A program made the translations under genes and the position numbers. From the NCBI GenBank assembly GCA_963740355.1, contig CAVUDW010000002.1:1248001-1312000 (forward strand): 64,000 nt of DNA. Direction: 5' to 3'. Source of the stretch: an uncultured Gemmatimonadaceae bacterium. Lineage in GTDB: Bacteria > Gemmatimonadota > Gemmatimonadetes > Gemmatimonadales > Gemmatimonadaceae. Below the pieces are notes generated by a model, which had not been told where the DNA came from, did not search any database, and worked only from the letters and a program-made list of their open reading frames with translations. Shown here one piece after another: positions 45,667 to 54,271 of the stretch (position 1 is the first letter of the stretch; every line of letters starts with the position of its first letter).

Positions 45667-45779
45667 AGCAGGATGCTCACGAGATGAAGGAGTGACGACG
45701 TCCGGTGGTGTCGTCCTGCGATCGGATGTTCTATATCAGGCGATGCCTGACAGTGCCGTGCCACTGACCGCGCTCGTGC

Positions 45780-45839
45780 GCGCATGTCTCCACGCATGCC
45801 TCCGCGCATGACTCATGGCGTTACTTCTGGCGTGCCTCC
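45780..45839. repeat. Five degenerate 12-bp tandem units in the divergent intergenic region
   Basis: gcgcatgtctcc, acgcatgcctcc, gcgcatgactca, tggcgttacttc, tggcgtgcctcc. Confidence 0.55.
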
Positions 45840-46003
45840 GGGCGAGATCGGCGAGGCTGGCTGGCGCGTGGGGCCGACGCGGCTCGCTGAGTCGCGTCTC
45901 ATCTCCGCCTCTGGCGGCGGCAGCGGCAGCGGCAGCACTGGAACGCCTTGGTCCCGTCGCCACATTTGGCCAATCGAACGTCGTACTCCCTCCCGCCCGA
46001 TCC

Positions 46004-48091
46004 ATGCGACTCCGTCTTCCGGCCCACCTCGCCCGCCTGTCGGTCCTCACCGCGCTTTTCGCGTCCTGTGACCGACCCGCCGCGGGGCCTTCCACCGATT
46101 GGCCCGTGTACGGCGGCAATACGGACCACACGCACTACACGACACTCGGCCAGATCACGCCGCAGAACGTGTCGACGCTGAAGGTGGCCTGGACGTACGA
46201 GACGCATGACGAGTTCAAGGGCTCGGAGATGCAGGCCAACCCGATCGTCCTCGACGGGGTGCTCTACGCGACGACCCCGAAGCTGCAGGTGTTCGCGCTC
46301 GATGCGACCACCGGCAAGGAGCTCTGGCGCTTCGATCCCAACAACGGCCAGCCACCAACCTCACGAATCCGGCATCGCGGCGTGGTCGTGACGGGCGATC
46401 GTGTGATATTCAACTATCGCTTCCGCCTCTTCGCGCTCGACCGAAAGACCGGCAAGAAGATTCCTGGCTGGGGTAACGACAGCGGATGGGTCGATCTCCG
46501 GGAAGGACTCGACCGACCGGCGAAGGACATCTCGGTGAGCGCGAGCACGCCGGGCGTGGTGTTCGAGGATCTGCTGATCATGGGCAGCACGGTGCCGGAG
46601 CAGTTGCCAAGTGCGCCAGGCGACATCCGGGCTTACGAATTGAAGACGGGGAAGCTGCGCTGGAGCTTTCACACCATCCCGCATCCCGGTGAACCGGGCT
46701 ACGAAACATGGCCGCCGGATGCGTGGAAGATCGCGGGTGGCGCGAACGCCTGGTCGGGCGTGACCATCGATCCGAAGCGGGCGATGCTCTTCGCGGCCAC
46801 AGGCTCCGCGTCGTACGACTTCTATGGCGCGAATCGACTTGGCGACAACCTCTACGCCAATAGCGTGATCGCGCTCGATGCGCGCACGGGAAAACACATC
46901 TGGCACTATCAGGTACTGAAGCACGATCTATGGGACCGCGACCTTCCAGCGGCGCCGATGCTCGTGACGGTGCAGCGTGAGGGCAAGCCGGTCGACGCCG
47001 TGGCGCAGATCACGAAGACGGGACATGTCTGGCTCTTCGATCGCGAGAAAGGCACGCCGATGTTTCCGGTCGAGGAGCGTCGCATGCCGACGGTGGCGCT
47101 GGATGGTGAGCGGCCGTCGCAGTCACAACGCTTCCCGACGTTGCCCTTGCCGTTTTCGCGGCAGCAGCTGACGCGCAATGACCTCACAGAGCGCACCCCC
47201 GAAGCGCATGCGGCCGCGCTGAAAACCTTCGAGGAGTACAACCCCACCGATCCGTACGAAGCCCCGAACGTCACGAAAGGCACGATCATCTTTCCGGGTG
47301 TCGATGGCGGCGGTGAGTGGGGTGGGCCGGCCTTCGACCCGACCACCGGGCTGCTGTACGTGAATGCCAACGAGATGGCGTGGTTGCTGAAGCTGGTGCC
47401 ACGCAACGACAAGTCGCTCTACGGTGCGAACTGCGCTGGCTGCCATGGCGACAACCGGCAGGGCGGTGCCGGTGGGCCGTCGCTGGTCGACATCGCGCAG
47501 CGACGCACGTCGGCGCAAGTCACGCAGATGATCAACGAAGGCAATGGTCGCATGCCGGCCTTCGGTGGCGCGATGGACGGTTCCGCCGTGAAGGAAATCG
47601 TCGAATACCTGATGACCGGCAAGGTGGAGTCGGTGCGCGATGTGCAGAAGAGCCCGTACTTCCTCAAGTATCGCACGGCGTTTTTCGACATCTTCCTCGA
47701 TCACGAGGGCTATCCTGGCATCAAGCCGCCGTGGGGCACCTTGAATGCCATTGACCTCAACACTGGCAAGACGGCGTGGTCGATTCCGTTCGGCGAATAT
47801 CCGAAGCTGGCGGCGCAGGGGATCACCAACACCGGCACCGACAGTTACGGCGGCGCGATCGTCACCGAGAATGGGTTGCTCTTGATCGGTGCCACCACCT
47901 ATGACAACAAGTTCCGCGCCTACGACAAGGCGACCGGTCGGTTGTTGTGGGAGACCGTGCTGCCGGCCGCCGGCAATGCGACACCCTCGACGTACATGGT
48001 GAATGGCAAGCAGTACATCGTGATTGCCTGTGGCGGTGGCAAGAATGGCGCGGCCAGCGGTGGAACGTACGTGGCGTTTGCACTGCCGTGA
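46004..48091 (+). CDS. PQQ-dependent dehydrogenase (GDH-like lipoprotein) with an inserted c-type cytochrome domain
   Basis: WPVYGG, ALDATTGKELW, GGANAW, HDLWDRD, GGGEWGG, heme motif CAGCH, ATPSTY. Confidence 0.92.
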   Translation: MRLRLPAHLARLSVLTALFASCDRPAAGPSTDWPVYGGNTDHTHYTTLGQITPQNVSTLKVAWTYETHDEFKGSEMQANPIVLDGVLYATTPKLQVFALDATTGKELWRFDPNNGQPPTSRIRHRGVVVTGDRVIFNYRFRLFALDRKTGKKIPGWGNDSGWVDLREGLDRPAKDISVSASTPGVVFEDLLIMGSTVPEQLPSAPGDIRAYELKTGKLRWSFHTIPHPGEPGYETWPPDAWKIAGGANAWSGVTIDPKRAMLFAATGSASYDFYGANRLGDNLYANSVIALDARTGKHIWHYQVLKHDLWDRDLPAAPMLVTVQREGKPVDAVAQITKTGHVWLFDREKGTPMFPVEERRMPTVALDGERPSQSQRFPTLPLPFSRQQLTRNDLTERTPEAHAAALKTFEEYNPTDPYEAPNVTKGTIIFPGVDGGGEWGGPAFDPTTGLLYVNANEMAWLLKLVPRNDKSLYGANCAGCHGDNRQGGAGGPSLVDIAQRRTSAQVTQMINEGNGRMPAFGGAMDGSAVKEIVEYLMTGKVESVRDVQKSPYFLKYRTAFFDIFLDHEGYPGIKPPWGTLNAIDLNTGKTAWSIPFGEYPKLAAQGITNTGTDSYGGAIVTENGLLLIGATTYDNKFRAYDKATGRLLWETVLPAAGNATPSTYMVNGKQYIVIACGGGKNGAASGGTYVAFALP

Positions 48092-48112
48092 TCACACGCC
48101 GGGGTTCGACGA

Positions 48113-48829
48113 TTGGCGGATGACGTGAGCAGGCTTGCGGTCCGCGGCGTCGCCAAGCGCTTCGGCCAGACAGTCGCCTTGGCGAGCGCGTCGTTCTCGG
48201 TTGGTGTTGGTGAGGTCGTGGCGTTGTTGGGCCCGAACGGCTCGGGCAAGACGACGCTGCTGGAATGCGTCGCGGGCCTGCTCCCGATGGATGGAGGCGA
48301 GGTTCGCGCCTCCGACGGTGTGCTGAGCGACTCGTCGCGTGCAGAATTGATCTTTTACCTTCCTGACGGCATCGCACCGTGGCGCGACCAGCCGGCTGAC
48401 TGGGTGCGCTGGTTTGCAGGGGAGTTGTTCGGGAGCGATGCCACGGCGATGCCCGATGTGTTGCAGACACTGCGGATCGAGGAGTTGGGGGCACAACCTG
48501 TCGGCACGCTCTCGAAGGGCCAGCGCAAGCGCCTGCTGCTCGCGATCGCCCTGCTCTCGACGCGACCCGTCGTGATTCTCGACGAACCATTCGATGGACT
48601 CGACCTTCGGCTCACGCGGGCGACGATCGCGCTTTTTCGTCGACTGGCTGCACGCGGGCGTTCGCTCGTACTCTCGATTCACGCGATGGCCGATGCCGAG
48701 CGCGTCGCTGATCGCCTGGTGCTCCTGAGTGACGGGCGCACGATCGGGGATGGCACGCTCGAGCAGTTGCGCGCCGTGACGTCGTTGCCGAACGCGTCGC
48801 TGGAGGAACTGTTTCTTGCACTCTCCTGA
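48113..48829 (+). CDS. ABC transporter ATP-binding protein
   Basis: GPNGSGKTT, LSKGQRKR, ILDEPFDGLD. Confidence 0.92.
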   Translation: MADDVSRLAVRGVAKRFGQTVALASASFSVGVGEVVALLGPNGSGKTTLLECVAGLLPMDGGEVRASDGVLSDSSRAELIFYLPDGIAPWRDQPADWVRWFAGELFGSDATAMPDVLQTLRIEELGAQPVGTLSKGQRKRLLLAIALLSTRPVVILDEPFDGLDLRLTRATIALFRRLAARGRSLVLSIHAMADAERVADRLVLLSDGRTIGDGTLEQLRAVTSLPNASLEELFLALS

Positions 48830-50162
48830 CACAGGTGGAAGGCGAGGGGCGTCGCGACGGGTGCTCTCGGCGCTCTTCTCGAAGGAATGGCGTGAGCTCC
48901 GCGTGGCGAAAGGTGCCTGGCTGGTGGCGTTGGCGGTGGGGCCACTTGTCGGGCAGGCTTTCATCACCGCGGTGCGCACCTACAGCGAAATGAGTGGTGG
49001 TGCGGGGACAGCCAGCGCCGCTCTCTCGGAGGGATTGAGTCCGCTCGATGGCGTCGTCGTGCCGACGTTCGGTGTGTACGCGCTGCTTGCGACACTGCTG
49101 CTGCCGTTCATTGCGATTCGCCTCGTCAGCGAAGAGAAGTCGTCGGGCGCAATGCTGCTGCTGGCGCAAAGTGGTGTGTCGGCGAGTCGACAGCTGGCGG
49201 TGAAGTTCGTCGTCCTGATGCTCGCCTGGATGCTGCTCTCGATCCCCGGTCTTCTCTCGCTCGCGCTTTGGCGATGGTACGGCGGCCATCTCGCGGTGGC
49301 CGAGACGAGTACGGTGCTGCTCGGCCACCTGCTGCATGGTGCGTTGATCGTTGCGATTGCCTTTCTGGCCGCGGCGATTGCCGATGGTGCATCGAGTGCG
49401 GCCGTCATTGCGCTTGGTGTCACGCTCGGGGGGTGGGCGCTGGATTTCGTTGCTGGGGTGCAAGGTGGTGTTGCGGCGCAGTTGGCACGCTTCACGCCGG
49501 AGGCGATGCTGCGCGTCTTCGAGCAAGGTGAGATCGAGTGGCGCACCCTGTTGCTTTCACTCAGCGTGACGGCGGCGTGCCTTGTTTTGGCCCTGATATT
49601 TCTGCGTCGCGGTCGCGCGCGCGCCGTGCAATCGCGCGCGGCGATGCTCGTCGTTGTGGCGGGGTTGATATGTCAGATCGGCATTCTCAACCTGCGGGGC
49701 AGCGTCGACGTTACCGAAGATCGGCGTCACTCGCTGCCGCCTGCCGACGCGCGCGCGCTGGGCTCGCTCGATGGCACGTTGGCGGTCGAAGCGCATCTTG
49801 GCCCGCAGGATCCTCGCCTGGTGGATCTGCAACGCGGCGTGCTGCACAAGCTTGCGCGCGTGATGTCGGTACGGGTGGTGAACACGTCGCAGACCGGGAC
49901 CGGTCTGTTCGAGGGCGGGGCGGGCTACGGCGAGGTCTGGTACTTGTGGCAGGGGCGGCGCGTGATGACTCGTTCGACAACGCTTCCGATCGTCCTTGAC
50001 ATGATTTATTCATTAACGCGCACCCCCGTTCCGATGGCGGACGCGGGGCCAACGTACCCCGGCTATCCGCTGGCGAGTGAGCCGCGTGGCGCTGCGCTCC
50101 TGTTCTATCCCGGCTGGCTGCTGGCCATCGGGATGTGCTGGGGGATCATGCGTCGTCGCTGA
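48816..50162 (+). CDS. ABC-2 type permease fused to a GldG-like extracytoplasmic segment
   Basis: KEWRE, IRLVSEEKSSGA..LL, multiple TM helices, then DVTEDRRHSL (GldG-N-like) and a final TM helix. Confidence 0.8.
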   Translation: MHSPDTGGRRGASRRVLSALFSKEWRELRVAKGAWLVALAVGPLVGQAFITAVRTYSEMSGGAGTASAALSEGLSPLDGVVVPTFGVYALLATLLLPFIAIRLVSEEKSSGAMLLLAQSGVSASRQLAVKFVVLMLAWMLLSIPGLLSLALWRWYGGHLAVAETSTVLLGHLLHGALIVAIAFLAAAIADGASSAAVIALGVTLGGWALDFVAGVQGGVAAQLARFTPEAMLRVFEQGEIEWRTLLLSLSVTAACLVLALIFLRRGRARAVQSRAAMLVVVAGLICQIGILNLRGSVDVTEDRRHSLPPADARALGSLDGTLAVEAHLGPQDPRLVDLQRGVLHKLARVMSVRVVNTSQTGTGLFEGGAGYGEVWYLWQGRRVMTRSTTLPIVLDMIYSLTRTPVPMADAGPTYPGYPLASEPRGAALLFYPGWLLAIGMCWGIMRRR

Positions 50163-50264
50163 CCGGCTTGCGGCGCGCGAGCGGCGGGGGCGCACCCATC
50201 CTCGCCCAGCAACGCAATGTCGTTTCATCACGGCGTGAGTCGATTCCGCCGCCAGCGCCCACCG

Positions 50265-51002
50265 ATGCAGCGGTACGCCGGCCTCGTGGCCTTCGCGCTG
50301 CTGCTGCCAGTTGCGATGCAGGCGCAAGCGCGCGCCGCTCGCTCCCCGTCACCCGCACCGATCCACGTTGGTGTCGAACGCGATCGGGTCGGCGGCGAAC
50401 CATCCACCTTCCTGCCGATGGTAGGCAATTGGGTGGTCGCGAAGGAGGGCGGCCGGAACGTGGTGCGCGTCGATGGCCGTGTCTGGAAGCGCGGTCAACC
50501 CGCAGGTGGCCTCGCAGACAAGGCCCGCTCGATCTACGGCTCGCGGCATGAGGAGTTCATCGACAACGTCACGGCGTTCGCCTATTTCCCGATCGCCGTC
50601 GCCAAAGGCATCGAGAACTTCACGAACGGCGACATCACCGTCCGTTTCATGATGATCGGCGGCACACTCGACCGGTGTGCCGGCATCCTCTTCGACGTGC
50701 AGCCGAACGGTGACTACCTCGCCTTCCGTTTCAACGGCACCGAAGACAACGCCGTCCTCTGGACCTTCAACAATGGCCGACGCGCATTCGTGAAGCGCGG
50801 CGTCGAGAATGCGCCCCTCGAACTCGGGACCTGGCACGAGCTGCGTGTGAACGTGCAGGGGACACAATTCCGCGGGTACCTCGACGGCAAGCTGATGCTC
50901 GAGCACACGCTGCCGCACGCGGTCACTGGAAAGGTCGGGCTCTGGTCGAAGACCGACAGCATGAGCGAGTTCACTGATTTCACCGTGACGGCGCAGCCAT
51001 GA
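50265..51002 (+). CDS. Secreted ConA-like/DUF1080-type beta-sandwich protein
   Basis: Signal peptide, AGILFDVQPNGDYL, WHELRVNVQG, GKVGLWSKTDS. Confidence 0.78.
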   Translation: MQRYAGLVAFALLLPVAMQAQARAARSPSPAPIHVGVERDRVGGEPSTFLPMVGNWVVAKEGGRNVVRVDGRVWKRGQPAGGLADKARSIYGSRHEEFIDNVTAFAYFPIAVAKGIENFTNGDITVRFMMIGGTLDRCAGILFDVQPNGDYLAFRFNGTEDNAVLWTFNNGRRAFVKRGVENAPLELGTWHELRVNVQGTQFRGYLDGKLMLEHTLPHAVTGKVGLWSKTDSMSEFTDFTVTAQP

Positions 51003-51700
51003 TGCGCCGCCTGGCGATTGTCCCCATCCTGCTGCTGGCGTGTGTGATCGGCAGCAAGCCGTCTGGTGCACAGCGCGCTCGTCGCCGCGACTGTGCACCG
51101 CTCGACACCACCGCCTCGTGGTTCCGTCGGCAACGCGAGTGGATGGTCGGCGGTGGCGCGTGGAGCGACACCACGCTGCGCCAGGCGCTGCTCGCGCTTC
51201 CGTCACACGATGCCGCCGCAGCGCAGGGCGCCCTGTTGGGCTTCGAGTTGAATGCCGCACCTCGCCCACTGGCGGCACAGGACTCGGCGATGATCCGCCA
51301 GTTGCTCGCGCTGGCGTCGAAGCGCGGGTCGGTCTGGCCAACTCGCAGCGTCGTCGGTGCCGATGGTGTGCTGGCGGTGTGGACTCTGGCCACGCGTGAC
51401 ACGGCACTCGCACGTGCGGCGCTCAAGCGCATGATGGAAGCAGGTCCGGATGAATCGCCGCCCGCCGCGGTCGCACTGCTCGAGGATCGCGCCCGGACAC
51501 AGGCGGGGCGCAAGCAGCTCTACGGCACGCAGCTGCAACGCAGTGCGAGCGGTGCAATCGCACCAGTGCCGATCGAGGATCTCGCACACCTCGCCATGCG
51601 CCGCGATGGCGCCGAACTGCCGCCGCTCGAGCAATCACTCTGTGCGGCGCGCTCGGCGACTGCACAGGCGGCTGCCAGCCGCGCCTCGACCGATCACTGA
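50999..51700 (+). CDS. DUF6624-like secreted hypothetical protein
   Basis: WPTRSVVGADG, ALLEDR.....GRKQLYGTQ, PIED....RR...LPPL. Confidence 0.75.
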   Translation: MMRRLAIVPILLLACVIGSKPSGAQRARRRDCAPLDTTASWFRRQREWMVGGGAWSDTTLRQALLALPSHDAAAAQGALLGFELNAAPRPLAAQDSAMIRQLLALASKRGSVWPTRSVVGADGVLAVWTLATRDTALARAALKRMMEAGPDESPPAAVALLEDRARTQAGRKQLYGTQLQRSASGAIAPVPIEDLAHLAMRRDGAELPPLEQSLCAARSATAQAAASRASTDH

Positions 51701-51748
51701 GTCGTCCCATGGCGACTGGTGGTCGCCAACCCTTTGCCCTGCCTGTTG

Positions 51749-54073
51749 ATGTCGCCTCGCCAATGCCGTTCGTACCTGCTCGCAGCCCTCGCGCTGCCCA
51801 CCGCGCTGCTGACGACTCGCGTTGCGGCCCAGACCACCGCCACCGTGCGCGGGACGGTCATCTCCTCCGACAAGGGCACGCCCATCAGCGGCGTGCGAGT
51901 CGCCGTCCAGTCACCGACACGCGTGGCCGTGACCGATGAAGCGGGACGCTACGTGCTGCGCGGCATTCCTGCCGGCAAGTACGACCTCGTGTTCACCGCG
52001 CTCGGCTTCACCCCACTCCATCGCGATGTCGACCTGTCGCACGGAAATGCCACCGTCGATGCCCGGCTGGCAGCCGGCTCTCTGATGCTGTCGAGTGTGA
52101 TCACGACCGCAACACGCTCGCCGACTGAGGCGCGCCTCGTGGCTGCGACGGTGAACGTGCTCACGCCACAACACATCGCGACCAGTGCCGCGCGCGAAAC
52201 GCAGGACCTGCTGCGCGAGATCCCCGCGGTGGAGTTGCCGAGGACCAGCAGCCTCGTTGGCGGCACTGCGCAGATCGTGTCGATCCGCGGCGTCGACGAA
52301 GGGCGCACTGCGGTGCTCTTCGATGGCATCCCGGTCAATGATGCGTGGGGCGAATGGATCGACTGGGGGCGTGTGCCGAAGAGCATGCTGGATCGCGTCG
52401 AAGTGGTGGAAGGCGGCACGTCGAGTCTCTACGGCAACGGTGCGATGGGCGGCATCATCTCGTTCTTCTCGAAGCCGATGTCACCTGGTGACATCTCGTT
52501 CAGTGCCGATGGCGGGCAGCGCGATGCGCAGCATCTCTCCCTGTCGGCAGGAGTGCCGATCATCGGTGCAGTGACGGCGAGTGTCAGCGGCGACTATCAA
52601 GCGGGTGGCGGCTACGTCCTGCTCGATCCGGCGAAGGTCGGGGCCATCGACGTGCGATCGCAGGTGTACCAGCGCAACGGCTATGCGCGGCTCAACTATG
52701 CACCGTCATCCACGATCTCGGCATTCATCACCGGGCATCTCTACGGCGACAACCGTGAGCTCGGCACGCCCCTCGCCATTCAGTCGCGCCAGCAGCGCAG
52801 TATCGACTTCGGGCTCGACCTCGGCCGCGTCGCAGCGGGGCAGTTGTCGCTGCGCGGGTGGGATGGTCGCCAGGATGAACATCAGCGCGCCAGCACCATT
52901 CGCGCTGGCGGCCGAGCCTTCGAGGACAGCAGCGTGACGGCACTGATCCCGAGTCACGATTGGGGCGCCTCGGCGATCTGGACTCGCTCCGCCGTCCTCC
53001 ACCTGCAGTCGGTCAGCGTGGGCGGCGACTATCGCGGCTACAACGGCAACTTCGACGAAGTGAACTTCAACACCACCTGCCCGGGCGCAAACTGTGGCAC
53101 GGTCACGCGGCGCATCCTCTCGGGTGGCGACCAGGCGCTGAGCGGCGCGTTCGTGCAGGCGATCGCAGCACCGATCAAGCCGCTGCGTGTGGAGCTGAGC
53201 GCCCGCGTCGATCACTGGAAGAACGCCAACGGCTTCTCGAATGATGCGAACGCCGGTCGCGTGGACTTCCCGGACAGCAGCAAGACGGCGTTCTCGCCCC
53301 GGATCGGCGTTCGTTATCAGGTCGCGCCGCGGTTCGCGTTGCACGCGGCAGGGTACACGGCATTCCGCGCACCGAATCTTGCCGAGTTGTATCGCAAGCA
53401 GATCAGCGCCACATCGATCACGCTGCCCAATCCATACCTCGCCGCCGAGACGGCCAATGGCCGTGAGATCGGCTTCGATTGGGAGGCCACCAACTGGCTG
53501 CAGTTGAAGGGCACCTACTACACGGCCGACTACAACGACTTCAATGTCCCGGTGACGTTCACCACCAACCGGCCGGCCGCCTGTGGCACCATCGCCACCT
53601 GCCGTCAGCGCCAGAACGTGAACAAGTCGCGCAGCCAGGGCGCCGAGGGGTATGTCGCAATCCGGCCGGTGCCGTCGCTGTTCATCAGCGCCGCGGTGAT
53701 GTACGACGATGCGCGACAGCAGTCTGGCCTCACCACCGCACAACTCAGCAACAAGGCGAAGATCAATCGCGTGCCGTCGCCGAAGCAGGTGGTGCGTGCG
53801 ACGTGGACGTCGGCGCTGCTGGGCGAATACACGGCGATCTGGCGCTTCGAGGGGCACACCACCACGCTGCAGGGGGCCACGCTCGATCCCTACGCGGTGT
53901 ATGACCTGCAGGTGCGACGGCAGGTGGTGCGCGGCCTGCAAGGCTTCGCGGCGCTCGAAAACGTCGGCAACACCAAGTACCAGATCAATCTCTCCGGAAC
54001 CGGTGCGGCGGCGCTCATCTCCTACGGCATGCCGCGAACGTTCCGGGCCGGGATGACCGTGAGCCGCTATTGA
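51749..54073 (+). CDS. TonB-dependent receptor with an N-terminal carboxypeptidase-regulatory-like domain
   Basis: VITTATR, SIRG, LFDGIP, RVEVVEGGTSSLYG..AMGGII, FSPRIG, FRAP...ELY, ENV, C-terminal Y. Confidence 0.95.
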   Translation: MSPRQCRSYLLAALALPTALLTTRVAAQTTATVRGTVISSDKGTPISGVRVAVQSPTRVAVTDEAGRYVLRGIPAGKYDLVFTALGFTPLHRDVDLSHGNATVDARLAAGSLMLSSVITTATRSPTEARLVAATVNVLTPQHIATSAARETQDLLREIPAVELPRTSSLVGGTAQIVSIRGVDEGRTAVLFDGIPVNDAWGEWIDWGRVPKSMLDRVEVVEGGTSSLYGNGAMGGIISFFSKPMSPGDISFSADGGQRDAQHLSLSAGVPIIGAVTASVSGDYQAGGGYVLLDPAKVGAIDVRSQVYQRNGYARLNYAPSSTISAFITGHLYGDNRELGTPLAIQSRQQRSIDFGLDLGRVAAGQLSLRGWDGRQDEHQRASTIRAGGRAFEDSSVTALIPSHDWGASAIWTRSAVLHLQSVSVGGDYRGYNGNFDEVNFNTTCPGANCGTVTRRILSGGDQALSGAFVQAIAAPIKPLRVELSARVDHWKNANGFSNDANAGRVDFPDSSKTAFSPRIGVRYQVAPRFALHAAGYTAFRAPNLAELYRKQISATSITLPNPYLAAETANGREIGFDWEATNWLQLKGTYYTADYNDFNVPVTFTTNRPAACGTIATCRQRQNVNKSRSQGAEGYVAIRPVPSLFISAAVMYDDARQQSGLTTAQLSNKAKINRVPSPKQVVRATWTSALLGEYTAIWRFEGHTTTLQGATLDPYAVYDLQVRRQVVRGLQGFAALENVGNTKYQINLSGTGAAALISYGMPRTFRAGMTVSRY

Positions 54074-54112
54074 TTGGCATTGGCGTCGGCAGGACGCTCG
54101 ACATGACCGTCT

Positions 54113-54149
54113 CCACGACCCTCACCCGAAACCTGGGTGAGGGTCGTGG
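54113..54149. terminator. Perfect 15-bp hairpin downstream of the TonB receptor gene
   Basis: CCACGACCCTCACCC-gaaacct-GGGTGAGGGTCGTGG, with no U-tail. Confidence 0.45.
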
Positions 54150-54271
54150 CGTATCGGGGCCAGCTCGTGTTGCACCACGTTGCCCGCCTCGAGTACGGAC
54201 TTTTGATTGCGGGCAACGCGCGGCCTGAACGCCAGCGCCGCGTCTGTCAGGCTCCCCATTCCGCCAGGTCG

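Noticed and set aside
45745..45765. Sigma54 promoter for the PAS-MCP operon (TGGCACGGCACTGTCA on the minus strand)
   Set aside because: The -24 half is good, but the conserved GC at -12 is missing.
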